A DNA stretch of 64,000 bases from a virus. Lineage: Duplodnaviria > Caudoviricetes. This document shows, piece after piece, positions 38,641 to 49,024 of this stretch; the stretch's first letter is position 1; every line of letters begins with the position of its first letter. Where the stretch lies: positions 1 through 64,000 of the IMG/VR virus record IMGVR_UViG_3300028048_000075, one strand, 5' to 3'. A program made the position numbers and the translations under genes. Below the pieces are notes generated by a model. The model searched no databases and was not told where the DNA came from. It saw only the letters and a list, made by a program, of their open reading frames with translations.

Positions 38641-38713
38641 TCGGATGTCGACAAGTGGTAAGTCAGTGGTTCTTGGTGCCACTATTCCGTAGGTTCGAAT
38701 CCTACCATCCGAT
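38641..38713 (+). tRNA. tRNA-Gln (TTG), with C33
   Basis: TCGGATG/CATCCGA acceptor, GTGGT-TCTTGGT-GCCAC anticodon arm, GTAGG-TTCGAAT-CCTAC T-arm. Confidence 0.85.
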
Positions 38714-38785
38714 ATTTGTACTAATGTGGATTCACATTGCTTTCCGGCTACATTTTGGTACAACCATGAAATTTTCCTCTTTTGG

Positions 38786-38820
38786 GTACACAGGAGTTTT
38801 CTCCTGTGTATCTTTTTTTC
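38786..38820 (+). terminator. Intrinsic terminator closing the RNA island
   Basis: tacacaggag-tttt-ctcctgtgta followed by a T-tract. Confidence 0.75.
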
Positions 38821-38866
38821 GTTCACAATTTTTGACATTTGAATATAACTGAAGAAGGAAAACAAT

Positions 38867-39526
38867 ATGAATAAAAAGAAAAGCTTATTCACTATTGTTA
38901 CATGTAACATGAAACCAAGACAAATGGGAAAAGAACTTAGAAAAATATTTGCACAAAGGTCTCATGAGTCAGATCTTTCATTCATGCAAAAGAATTCTAA
39001 AGAACACAAAAATTTAAGAGGGAATCAATATATTCTCCAAATAGATAATGGACGTAGTGTAGAGAGTTATTTCTTTACAGTATATAGTAGTCAGAATGGT
39101 TTCTATTTAATGGACAATAAGGAACTTAAAAAATTTCATACTGAACAGAATTGTCTTAAATATAAATTAGCAAAAACTTATCTTAGAAACCATAAATCAT
39201 CAGAATCGATACGTTATACATGTATCAAATCTAATGAACGATTGGTTTCTGGTGATATTTTTGATGTGCTAAATAACGGATATACTTATGGCAAGAGGGT
39301 AAATATAATGGCCAATACTACAGAAACTCTTAAAGAAAAACCATATAATAGGATTATCCAATTGTATGATACACTTAAACAATCTAGAGAAGTTGGAGTA
39401 TATGCCAGTTCTTTAGGAGCATTTGGTGAAGAAAATCCACATATAATTGGTGGATATATACTAAATGAGAAAAAAGAAGAATTAGACCCAAGTGAGGATA
39501 ATGACGATGGAACCAGCGAAGATTAG
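38867..39526 (+). CDS. Hypothetical late protein (219 aa)
   Basis: AAGGA RBS; GACA-N6-TA at 38834-38845. Confidence 0.7.
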   Translation: MNKKKSLFTIVTCNMKPRQMGKELRKIFAQRSHESDLSFMQKNSKEHKNLRGNQYILQIDNGRSVESYFFTVYSSQNGFYLMDNKELKKFHTEQNCLKYKLAKTYLRNHKSSESIRYTCIKSNERLVSGDIFDVLNNGYTYGKRVNIMANTTETLKEKPYNRIIQLYDTLKQSREVGVYASSLGAFGEENPHIIGGYILNEKKEELDPSEDNDDGTSED

Positions 39527-40244
39527 AGCAATTCGTAAAAAATACGAAAACGAGATGATCGAATTTTACGATGATATCGATCCTACAGGATATAATTCTG
39601 AAAATTTTAAAGAAATGATGAAAAACATGAATGACAGAGATTTCATCAATATGTGTAAGACTATTATCACTAAAGATGATGTAAATTTCAGTCTCGATAT
39701 AGATCAGTTGGAAAAAGGACCTGGTGAAATCACTTTGGAAAAGATAAAGAATGTTGCAGAAAAACACAATATACCTTTGGTAGAATATGTATTTATGCCG
39801 TTCCGTAATCCAGATGGTGAACCAATGTGTACATTAACAAGAGTTCCTATACTCTATACACAAGTACGTCGCTTCTTCCAACAGATGCTACAACACAAAA
39901 ACTCCATTTCTAACAGTAACTCAAAAACTAATCCTTTGACAGGTCAGGTAGTTAATGAAGATAAAACTGCTTCTACTACTAATATTCAGACATATGCGTT
40001 GACAATTACTAACCGTAATGCTGCATTGAAAGAATATTTGGGTCCAAGATCTGATGATCCTGTAGCAAAGAAAGACATGCTATCACAGATTGAAAACACC
40101 GGTTCATTCAGACTTGCAGATACAGTTACTCAAACCCATAATAAACAAGCAATTAATACTGCAGAAGTATTTGCAAAAGCTGCTGGAGTATCTATGAAAT
40201 TTGCTGGTGACGATTATGGTATAGATACAGAACTATTGAATTAA
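39507..40244 (+). CDS. Phage multisubunit RNA polymerase beta subunit, C-terminal fragment (probably virion RNAP)
   Basis: QQMLQHKNS..NPLTGQV..TYAL..ALKEYLGPRSDD..IENTG aligns by eye with the C-terminus of RNAP beta. Confidence 0.7.
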   Translation: MEPAKIRAIRKKYENEMIEFYDDIDPTGYNSENFKEMMKNMNDRDFINMCKTIITKDDVNFSLDIDQLEKGPGEITLEKIKNVAEKHNIPLVEYVFMPFRNPDGEPMCTLTRVPILYTQVRRFFQQMLQHKNSISNSNSKTNPLTGQVVNEDKTASTTNIQTYALTITNRNAALKEYLGPRSDDPVAKKDMLSQIENTGSFRLADTVTQTHNKQAINTAEVFAKAAGVSMKFAGDDYGIDTELLN

Positions 40245-40261
40245 AAACGATTACCAAACAT

Positions 40262-40365
40262 AATAATGTGTTATACATTCACGTGAATGTGTGGCCATGA
40301 GAGAATCTGTGATTCAGTGATGGTTGGCATGCGCCGAATCAGTTCATCTCGCGTAACAAGAATGG
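40262..40365 (-). pseudogene. 5'-truncated paralog of the 51-aa early gene (repeat copy B)
   Basis: Encodes ILVTRDELIRRMPTITESQILSWPHIHVNV* (25/30 aa identical). An in-frame TGA lies 9 codons upstream and there is no start codon. Confidence 0.75.
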
Positions 40366-40397
40366 TGAAGGTGGCTAAATGCCACCTTCATTTTATA

Positions 40398-42059
40398 TTA
40401 TTTTTCTTTAAGACATTGTAGTGCAATCCTTTGAACAGGTTCAAGAATTTCTTTCTCTGTTTTACCCATTTTCTTATTTTCTGCACGAGCATTTACAAGT
40501 TCAAGATAATATTTTCTCCAGAAACCTTTATTTTCTTTCTGATCTTTAATTATTGTTTGATCAGCATGCTCTATCATTTCGAAAGTCTTTTTAAGTTCTT
40601 CTCGCTGCTTAGTTGTTAGAGTTTTATTATTCTCAAGTTCATAAAGCATTGCATTGTATAATGATGCGTTTCTTTCTGCAGCGGCACCATGCCTATCATT
40701 TATACTAATACGTCGTATATTTTTATAACGGGAATAGATGTTCATAAGTCTAAATATACCAAGTTTATTAAAACCGACATTCTCATATTTTTGCCAGTCT
40801 TCGATATATTCTACTTCTGGTCTAAGATTATCCATATAGGTTTCTGCGCCATAGCCATATGAAGAAGCAAAAATATCGGCAAAATATTCCCATCTTTGTA
40901 AAAACGTTGCATTTCTAATATTTTTCATATTATAATCAGTTAATGAAATCGTGTATGCTAAATTAGTAGCCATAGCAACCATATTAGCATTAATAGAATA
41001 TATTATACGTTTGAAGAATGACCGGCTATCTTTGTATTCTTTTTGCTCATTTGATAATCCACGTAATTTCAAGTTTTCGAGTTTTGCTTTATCTTCATTC
41101 GACGTTTTCTCGATAAGTTCTTTTCTAAATCCTGAACCTTCAAATTTACCAAGGTCGTTAGATAGTAGTTTAAATACTGTAACACAACCTTCATCATCAG
41201 TTAAATCTGCTCCATTTTCATTGTTATTTTTTTCTTCGATCATGTCTTCCATCTTTTTAGTAGAAGAATTATTAATCTTTTTGAAAACGTTTTTAAACAA
41301 TCGGAGTCTCAATGCTGATGAAATATTAGATATGATTTTTAAAGGAGAAAACAATACTGCAAAAAATAATGATATTCCTCCAGAAAATGTGCCAGGTTTT
41401 AAAGGTTCATATCGATCCATTTGTTCATCAATAAGACTTGCAAAATACATATCTGCTACTTGTTTATACGTTCCCATTACACCAATCTGAAAGCAATGAC
41501 CGAGTTCATGAAGAACTGTTCCGACGATTATATCTACGTCACGTTCTCTAAATAATCCGACAGTTAATCTTATTCCGAGGAATTTTCCTTTTGGATCTAC
41601 GTATCTATATCCGGTTTTGGTTATAGCAATATCTTCCAATTCTTTAATTTTGCTAAAAGAAAGATATTCTTTTACAGTTCCATCGGGTTGTTTTCTTTTT
41701 ACAAGAAACTCTGAACCACTTATCATCGTGTATGCGTCAGCATTTATGCTATTACTTGGTTCCAAATGAATTTCGAGATATTCACAATTTAATTCCTGTT
41801 TAATGTCATTTGCCATCAACTGACATTTCTTCCAAAGTTTATCGATGGTAGATTTGTCAAGTTTCTTTCCATTAGCATTTTCGATCATTAAATCTGCTTT
41901 TATAGAAGCAACGTGTTTTTTGATAATAAGTGGTAAAGGAGATTCTCTACCAAAATATACTTCATTACTTCTACTCAAACCTGGGAAAAAATTATAAGGT
42001 TCCATTTTTTCTTCAGAATGAATATTGTAATTTTCGTTAAAATCGTTTAAAGTACGCAT
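40398..42059 (-). CDS. Probable virion head protein with zincin HExxH motif
   Basis: VLHELGHCF and downstream EYFADIFASSYGYG; N-terminal SRSNE site; AACA-N6-TA at 42081-42092. Confidence 0.65.
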   Translation of the reverse strand: MRTLNDFNENYNIHSEEKMEPYNFFPGLSRSNEVYFGRESPLPLIIKKHVASIKADLMIENANGKKLDKSTIDKLWKKCQLMANDIKQELNCEYLEIHLEPSNSINADAYTMISGSEFLVKRKQPDGTVKEYLSFSKIKELEDIAITKTGYRYVDPKGKFLGIRLTVGLFRERDVDIIVGTVLHELGHCFQIGVMGTYKQVADMYFASLIDEQMDRYEPLKPGTFSGGISLFFAVLFSPLKIISNISSALRLRLFKNVFKKINNSSTKKMEDMIEEKNNNENGADLTDDEGCVTVFKLLSNDLGKFEGSGFRKELIEKTSNEDKAKLENLKLRGLSNEQKEYKDSRSFFKRIIYSINANMVAMATNLAYTISLTDYNMKNIRNATFLQRWEYFADIFASSYGYGAETYMDNLRPEVEYIEDWQKYENVGFNKLGIFRLMNIYSRYKNIRRISINDRHGAAAERNASLYNAMLYELENNKTLTTKQREELKKTFEMIEHADQTIIKDQKENKGFWRKYYLELVNARAENKKMGKTEKEILEPVQRIALQCLKEK

Positions 42060-42208
42060 AAAAACCTCAATAATTCATTATATTTTAATGTTTTTGCCTC
42101 TAATTTATTAAAAAACGCGTAATATTGAAATATAGCTTACTACGTGTATTGTGCGCTTAATTTATTTATAATTATATATTCTATCTATAGAAAATAGGAG
42201 GTCCCATT

Positions 42209-42676
42209 ATGGCTGACGAAAATGTGAAAGAATCACAGGTCACTGATGCTATTCCTGAAGGAATGATTGTTGAAGATGGTGTAGTTATTCAGGACGCACC
42301 AGTAAGAACTAAGCGTAAGGTAGAAATGCCAGAATCGTCAGATAGAGAAACTAACGAAATACTTAGACATGCTAGACGTCCTAGAGGTGTCGCCAGAGTT
42401 GATTCCAATGGAGATTGGGTTGGTGATGAACCGGACAATAGCATCTTTAAAAGCAAAGATTTTCTTGATGCGTTTGGTAAAGATGCTGAAACGTTTATGA
42501 ATCAGAGAAGAGGCCCAAAGAATATCAATGTAATCCACGTTGATTCAAGACCTGCTGATACAGGTAATCCAAATGTTTTGAAGAATATTTCTAAACCGGC
42601 TGTTCCTACAAATATTAAAGAAGCTCCAGCTATGCCAGTTATTGGAAATGTTCCTAGAGGGCCCGAAGATTTTTAA
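42209..42676 (+). CDS. Hypothetical protein (155 aa)
   Basis: GGAGG RBS. Confidence 0.75.
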   Translation: MADENVKESQVTDAIPEGMIVEDGVVIQDAPVRTKRKVEMPESSDRETNEILRHARRPRGVARVDSNGDWVGDEPDNSIFKSKDFLDAFGKDAETFMNQRRGPKNINVIHVDSRPADTGNPNVLKNISKPAVPTNIKEAPAMPVIGNVPRGPEDF

Positions 42677-42707
42677 TTATATATGTTATTAATAACAGGA
42701 GGAAACC

Positions 42708-45248
42708 ATGGCCAGGAATTTTGATGACGACGAATACGAAGACATCAAAGCTATGTACAAACCCGGAAACATTAGTGATATATTCGAATCTGATGACGAT
42801 GATTATGAAATCGACGAATCTTCAGACAATGAAGAAGATACCGATGATGATTACGAAACAGATTTCGATAGTGCAGAAGAAACTGCATCCATTAATGAAA
42901 TTGTGAATCCAGAAGACAAAGTCGTTGAAGAATCTGACGATGAAGAAGATTTTAATCCGACTGAAGAAATTCTTAATGAATCTGAAAACGAAAGCACAGA
43001 ATCATTAGAAGAAACAACTGAAAATGAAAAGCCTGTAGAAAGCGGAGAATTTAATCCGCTCGTTAATCAGCCAGAAGTTGTAGAAACTAAGGTTGAGGAA
43101 AAAGAAGAAGAGTCTGAAGAAGAAAAAGATGAATCTGAAAAGACTTTGAAAGAAATTGTAGAAGCAAACGCTTCAATTGAAATCAAATCAGTTTTGGACG
43201 ATGTTGAAAAAGATCTTGAAGAAGAAAAACCTGAAGAATCCGAACAAACTGCTCCAGTTGAAGAACCTAAAGAAGAAGTAAAGGAAGAAAAACCTGAAGA
43301 ATCGGAACCTATGGAAGTCGATGTGGAATTGACCAATGCTATCATTAAATCGGAAAATGATACACAACGTGAAGCAGAAGTCAAAAGATTTCTAGTAGAA
43401 AACTTCAGAACTACTCTTAAACATTATTATCAGACTTACAAAGAAAATGATCTTGTAAGTTATATTAACCAGTACATAAACCAAGACGAATATCGTGAGA
43501 AATTCAAAGAAGCGTATATTACAACTTACGCAAGGTATTCATCCGCAATAGACTTTGGCGAATTAAACGCAAGTCAGGCACTTTGGGTTGTTGCTGCAGG
43601 TAGATTTGCTGATGAAATTGAATTTGACAAATCTTGGGGTAACATTAAGTCTGAAGTTGTGAATGAAAAAGCAGTTCTCGATCCTTCTAAGGTTATCGAA
43701 GATGAAACTATTCGTACAACCAGAGAATATCAGAGAATGCAAAATGATCGCATGTCTCAGTATAAAATCGACAGAACTGTATTTAATATTACAGATTCTG
43801 AAGATGAAGAAAACTGTTCGATATTTGCTGATAAACGTACTTTGATGAAGGATTTCTATGACTCAGAGTTCTTCAATATTCATTCTGAAATAATGGCAAG
43901 TGACAGATTTGCTGATATGAGTAAGATTGAATCAAAAATCATCATTAATGAGGAAACTTCTTATATTCCGATTATCGATTATAGTACAGGTATTCGTGTT
44001 GTTTGTATCGATACAAATGATACAGATCAGTACAGATTGAATCCGATGATGATAAGTCGTAACGTTCCGTTCAGCTACAAAAATGCGATCTATAATATCG
44101 GATTAAAAGTTCGTATTCTCTATAGTGATGATTGTAAGAATCGTCCTATGGCAGTCATATGTGCTTTGAAGAAACTCATCGCTTACAAATATATTAAACC
44201 CAGATATAAGATTAAGTTGAATCGCAATTATGTTATTGCGTATACAACTGAAACTCGTTGGGTTGAATTGTTTGAAAAAGGTGACCCAGATTCACATAAG
44301 CCGGAAAGTTCACCATATTATACGTCCAAACCTGCTACGATGGCAATCGGTGTAATCATTCTTGACCTTAAGAGTGAAAAAGACAAGAGAGCTATTCGAA
44401 GACATCAGATTGAACGTGATATTGGTAGGTATGAACCAGCTTCAGCAGATAATTACAATATTGAATTCGTATTGTCTGCAAGAATCGTTAAAAACGATCT
44501 TCGTTTAAGGAATCCAGCACTTCCAAAGAATGAGAGATATGTTGAATATGTAATCACTCAGTATACTGAAGCAAATCCTGTAGTAATTCTCGATGGACTT
44601 CAGGTAATTATTGCTTGTATTATTAAAGAGCACAAGAATATGTACGCTCCAGGTACTCCATATTCAATCAGTTTTGAATATGACAGAGATTCTCTGTTAT
44701 CGCCTGCAGTTATTGCAATTCTTGATACTCGTGATGGTCTTGAACCCTCTTATGGAACACGACCTAACAATATCAACATCGAATCTCAGTTCATACTTCC
44801 ACCATCAAGACTCAAGGTTTCTGGAGTATTTGATTTCGAACGTGGAAGAATTGATAAGAGATTCTTCAACCCAGTAGGTATTCAAAGAAAGTATCCTAGG
44901 GAGCTTTGGAATAACTACGATCTCGCAACTAAAGAAGGACGTATTCAGTTCATTAGAAGTCGCGGATTCGAAGAGTTCTTCCATATGCGTCCACTTATGT
45001 TTGACGTAATGCCATATGCACTTAACATGCTGGAAAGCTCAGACATGATTCAGGATATTCAGAAAGTATCTATCGATATGCTTGCTGATAGAAATAGTTC
45101 TGATAGTGAGAACATTCTCTTTAAGCAAAATGAACTCAACTATAAGAAATCCGTACAAGGAACTTCTTATGGTAAATTCCAGATGTTCTTGGTCGATGTG
45201 CTTAACTATTTCATAGACGATATGAAGAATAGGAACCAAGAAAAATAA
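42708..45248 (+). CDS. Hypothetical protein (846 aa) with ~220-aa acidic disordered N-terminus
   Basis: AGGAGG RBS; Glu/Asp-rich region including repeated EEKPEESE. Confidence 0.8.
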   Translation: MARNFDDDEYEDIKAMYKPGNISDIFESDDDDYEIDESSDNEEDTDDDYETDFDSAEETASINEIVNPEDKVVEESDDEEDFNPTEEILNESENESTESLEETTENEKPVESGEFNPLVNQPEVVETKVEEKEEESEEEKDESEKTLKEIVEANASIEIKSVLDDVEKDLEEEKPEESEQTAPVEEPKEEVKEEKPEESEPMEVDVELTNAIIKSENDTQREAEVKRFLVENFRTTLKHYYQTYKENDLVSYINQYINQDEYREKFKEAYITTYARYSSAIDFGELNASQALWVVAAGRFADEIEFDKSWGNIKSEVVNEKAVLDPSKVIEDETIRTTREYQRMQNDRMSQYKIDRTVFNITDSEDEENCSIFADKRTLMKDFYDSEFFNIHSEIMASDRFADMSKIESKIIINEETSYIPIIDYSTGIRVVCIDTNDTDQYRLNPMMISRNVPFSYKNAIYNIGLKVRILYSDDCKNRPMAVICALKKLIAYKYIKPRYKIKLNRNYVIAYTTETRWVELFEKGDPDSHKPESSPYYTSKPATMAIGVIILDLKSEKDKRAIRRHQIERDIGRYEPASADNYNIEFVLSARIVKNDLRLRNPALPKNERYVEYVITQYTEANPVVILDGLQVIIACIIKEHKNMYAPGTPYSISFEYDRDSLLSPAVIAILDTRDGLEPSYGTRPNNINIESQFILPPSRLKVSGVFDFERGRIDKRFFNPVGIQRKYPRELWNNYDLATKEGRIQFIRSRGFEEFFHMRPLMFDVMPYALNMLESSDMIQDIQKVSIDMLADRNSSDSENILFKQNELNYKKSVQGTSYGKFQMFLVDVLNYFIDDMKNRNQEK

Positions 45249-45268
45249 AAGAAGGAGAAATAAAGACC

Positions 45269-46486
45269 ATGGCGATCAATGAAAATGAAGAAGGACACAA
45301 TGTTTTTGATCCATCAAAGCGCATTAGAGCCGCTTTAGGACCAGAATTCACATCCAACCTGCAAGCTGAAGCAGCAAATAGGCTTGCAGCTGCCATGGCT
45401 TCTACTGGTGTAATTAGAAGCCCTGGTGAACTTACTTTAAATGAAGAGGAGAATAACATGAATTTCAAAGGTATGATCGGAAAAATTACTCACACAAACC
45501 CACGTGATCCTAACAATGCTGAACAGGACGTCGTATATGCAAATGAAAGGGCCGCACAGTCTATGATTGAACCTAATCCTATGGAAAAGCTTCAGCCAGA
45601 AGAACGTGCAAAGGTTCGTGGTCAGGCACTCATTAACAGTGAAAAGATCGTTAATGATATGTTTGAAAAGAAGCCTTTGATTGAAAAGCTTGTACGTTCT
45701 ACTACAGGTTTTGGTATTCATGATACTGCTGCGGATAATGCTACACATGCTATTGCTGTTGGTGTAAGAAACATTGCTGCTGCTGCAACTACAGATGCTG
45801 TAGAAACAACATTCCGTATGAAAGATCTCAAGAAGTCTGCTATTGCTACAGGTGTTTCATCTGCTATCGATTTGGCAGTTACAACTTGGGCATCAGGAAA
45901 TGGATCTCGTATTAACAAAATTTTCGATCCAGATGTTATTACATCTACAGAAGCTGCAAATATCTCTAAGACTATTGCTAAAGAAAAGCTCAAGTATGGT
46001 GCACAGCATGCACTTGCTGCTATCATTGCTCCTGCTATTCTTAAGGGTGGTATCGATAAGGTATTCGGTAGCAAGATCGAAAAGAATAATACAGCTAAAG
46101 TTCTGACAAGTTTCGGTGCACTTTCTGAAGCTGGAAAACTTACTCTCTCAATCGTCAGAAAGATTTCCGAAAAGAAGAATGCTAAGAAAGCTGCAGAAAA
46201 TTCTATCTCTGTATCCGATTCCCTCAATACTCCAGTCGAAGCTTACAACGATGTAGCAAAGCTTGCTATTAATCGTATCATCAATGAAACTATGGACGAT
46301 ACTATTCTTGGTACAGTTGCAGGTTCATTGATTGGTTATCGCTCTGTAGAATATATCGAAACTCCTAACCAGGATGTAGAAACCGCTAACAAGATTAACG
46401 AATATCTTGCATCCGTTGAGCAGAAGAAGTCTGACGAATCTGCTAAGACAACAGCTAAGCCATCTTCTACTAAGAAGAGTGCGTAA
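45269..46486 (+). CDS. Hypothetical Ala-rich helical protein (405 aa)
   Basis: AAGGAG RBS. Confidence 0.8.
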   Translation: MAINENEEGHNVFDPSKRIRAALGPEFTSNLQAEAANRLAAAMASTGVIRSPGELTLNEEENNMNFKGMIGKITHTNPRDPNNAEQDVVYANERAAQSMIEPNPMEKLQPEERAKVRGQALINSEKIVNDMFEKKPLIEKLVRSTTGFGIHDTAADNATHAIAVGVRNIAAAATTDAVETTFRMKDLKKSAIATGVSSAIDLAVTTWASGNGSRINKIFDPDVITSTEAANISKTIAKEKLKYGAQHALAAIIAPAILKGGIDKVFGSKIEKNNTAKVLTSFGALSEAGKLTLSIVRKISEKKNAKKAAENSISVSDSLNTPVEAYNDVAKLAINRIINETMDDTILGTVAGSLIGYRSVEYIETPNQDVETANKINEYLASVEQKKSDESAKTTAKPSSTKKSA

Positions 46487-46527
46487 TTTTGAGTTATATA
46501 TTCTGAGAATAGGAGTTAGATAGAACT

Positions 46528-47448
46528 ATGGCAGTTAAGACAGTAATTGGCGAAGATGCAATTGGAACTGAAGCATTTCAGAATGATTATCAGTTTGAAC
46601 CCTCTACAGCAGATTTCGTTGAAAATGATTCAGCGGAATCACAGCAGCAGGCTGCACCAAATGTGGAAGATCCATATGTAGCTGAGAGAAAAAGAAAGAT
46701 TAAGTCCGATGTGTTTACATTGCTTGGAACAGCAATTATCAATGCTGCTCCTTTGCTGATTGATGCAATTAAACACCACAAAGATCCAGTGCCTCATAAG
46801 GTAGACAAAGGCCAGGTAGCAAAGCTTGGAGTATCATTGGTCGTACCAGCAATTCAGGCATTCGATACAATTGTATTGGGATCTAAAATTCAGAATACTA
46901 TTGAAGAAAAGACACCATTTAAGCTGTCTGATGTTAGAAATGTTGTAAATGTCGTTCAGGCATATCCTTCAACAAAGACTACTTTGACAAACTACATGAT
47001 GAATGTGTCAAGGCAGGCTAATGGTAAGCAGCAGATTGCTCAGAATCCTGCAATAAAGACTGCAGCATATACCGCATGTGTAAATGTTGTTGCTCCTTAT
47101 GTTATTGACAAGTTCTGTGACAACAACCTTACCTTTGTTGAAAAATGCTCATCAGTTATTCCGATTAAGATCTTCGGTGGATTGTTTAAGAAATTTATGT
47201 CCACTGATGCGAAGTTGCAGCAGGCATATAACGTAGGAACGAGCTTGATCCAGGTAGCTTCTTATGGAAATAAGAACCTCAGTTCAGCAGTTCGTTCTAA
47301 TAACGGTCGTCCAAGCGGTGCAGCAAATTCATTCGGAACATTCTTGGATATTGCTCAGGACCTTGTAGGTATGAACAGAGGCAATGTCTCAAGATACAAC
47401 GATGGATATGATGGATGGAATCGGGGATCAAGTTTTAACAGTCTCTGA
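46528..47448 (+). CDS. Hypothetical helical protein (306 aa)
   Basis: AGGAG RBS; hairpin terminator at 47465-47498. Confidence 0.8.
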   Translation: MAVKTVIGEDAIGTEAFQNDYQFEPSTADFVENDSAESQQQAAPNVEDPYVAERKRKIKSDVFTLLGTAIINAAPLLIDAIKHHKDPVPHKVDKGQVAKLGVSLVVPAIQAFDTIVLGSKIQNTIEEKTPFKLSDVRNVVNVVQAYPSTKTTLTNYMMNVSRQANGKQQIAQNPAIKTAAYTACVNVVAPYVIDKFCDNNLTFVEKCSSVIPIKIFGGLFKKFMSTDAKLQQAYNVGTSLIQVASYGNKNLSSAVRSNNGRPSGAANSFGTFLDIAQDLVGMNRGNVSRYNDGYDGWNRGSSFNSL

Positions 47449-47518
47449 TAACTGACACATAATAAAATACAGAGGTAATCGAAAGATTCCTCTGTATTTT
47501 TTAATTTTTGAGGAAATT

Positions 47519-49024
47519 ATGGGAACTAAAGTACTAAGATACCAGAATCAGGAATTGATACATTACGATCAGGTACTCAAAGGTGAAGCTATAACACTTT
47601 TCAATAAGAAAGGTGTAGAATTCAAAAAGAAACACTTTGTTCCTCAAGAGGGCGGTATTTATTCTGCCAAAATGGGAGCATTAGTAGAAGATAATGCTGA
47701 TGTTAGTGAATATTCTTGTTCTCCTTCATGTAGATACCTCGTTGGTAGAATATGGGAAGGACACGAATGTCCTATATGCCATGAAATAGTCAAGAATAAC
47801 TATACCGTTAATTTTGACAAAAATGGCTGGATTAACATAGGTTCGCATAAAATTATGCAACCTGCAGCATTTGCAAAGGTTAGAGATCTCATTGGAGATA
47901 AAAATCTTGAAGACATGATTGACTTTAATGACAATATTGATCTTCAAGGTAATATTACTATTGGATCTGCAGAGTTTAATAAAAAGAAACCATTCTCCAA
48001 AATTGGTATGAGTGAGTTTTATAAGAGATTTGAAGAAATCTGTTTATTCTACGGAAAACAGAAACACAAGATGGCTGATGCAGAGTTTTTGATTAATTTC
48101 AAAAATAGAATTTGGACTTCTAAAATTAATGTACTTTCTCAGGAATTAAGACCAGCATTTATTAATTCTACTGAGAAAACATTCAGGTTCGATTCTATAA
48201 ACCTCGCTTATTCAACCATTATCAACAATGCTTCTCTTATTTCTAAAGCTGAAATTACTCAGCAATACATGAATATTAACAAATACTTGTTTACTATTCA
48301 GATGGAACTCTTTAAGCTTTATGGTCTTATTCTCCAAAAGCTTGATGGTAAAAAGAAACTTCCTAGACGTAAAATTCAAGGAACAAAAGTTTCTTGGTCA
48401 TCACGAATGGTTATTACAGCTATTACTGGACCAAACTACGGTATCGATCATGTAGCAATTTCGTATAAAGCATTTCTTGAACTCTACATTTATGAAATAA
48501 TGAATTGCTTTAAAAGAGGTGTTGCTACAGATTACTTTACCGACAAAACGTTTTATGAAATTGCCGAATGGTTAGATGTTGAAAAATATTCTAACAGAGT
48601 CCATCCAGCGATTTATAAAGTAATGAAATGGATCATTGCTAATAATACCGATGGATTGTACTGTCTGGTAAATAGACCTCCGACAATGGATCTTGGTTCA
48701 CTACAGATGCTTCGTGTAGTAGACGTTCTTCCTAATGCTAATGAATATCACATGGAAGTTCCATTAACATCTTTGGTAGCATGGAATGCTGACTTCGATG
48801 GTGATACACTTTCACTCTATAGTATTAAGGAAAAATGTATAGCAGATGCATTCAATGCAGGTTTCAATCCAAGAAATCTGATTGTTGATAAAGTTTCTGG
48901 ATATAAAGTTTATAACAGTGCATTCGGTCTACCTAAAGACTTGGCAATGTTCTTGTTCGGATTTGTTCCAGAATCTAGCAAAAATTTCTCAAAACCCAAA
49001 GAAAAGGAGTTAGTCAATGCCTAA
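47519..49024 (+). CDS. Phage multisubunit RNA polymerase beta' subunit, N-terminal half (probably non-virion RNAP)
   Basis: Zn finger CSPSC..CPIC, GWINI, SSRMVI, NRPPT and catalytic NADFDGD. Confidence 0.9.
   Translation: MGTKVLRYQNQELIHYDQVLKGEAITLFNKKGVEFKKKHFVPQEGGIYSAKMGALVEDNADVSEYSCSPSCRYLVGRIWEGHECPICHEIVKNNYTVNFDKNGWINIGSHKIMQPAAFAKVRDLIGDKNLEDMIDFNDNIDLQGNITIGSAEFNKKKPFSKIGMSEFYKRFEEICLFYGKQKHKMADAEFLINFKNRIWTSKINVLSQELRPAFINSTEKTFRFDSINLAYSTIINNASLISKAEITQQYMNINKYLFTIQMELFKLYGLILQKLDGKKKLPRRKIQGTKVSWSSRMVITAITGPNYGIDHVAISYKAFLELYIYEIMNCFKRGVATDYFTDKTFYEIAEWLDVEKYSNRVHPAIYKVMKWIIANNTDGLYCLVNRPPTMDLGSLQMLRVVDVLPNANEYHMEVPLTSLVAWNADFDGDTLSLYSIKEKCIADAFNAGFNPRNLIVDKVSGYKVYNSAFGLPKDLAMFLFGFVPESSKNFSKPKEKELVNA

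Noticed and set aside
37792-38910. Short ORFs called across the RNA island
   Set aside because: They overlap clear tRNAs and structured elements and lack an RBS.
13751-40365. The 104-nt repeat pair as a DGR template/variable repeat or as att sites
   Set aside because: The mismatches are not adenine-specific and follow codon structure; no reverse transcriptase or integrase is present in the window.
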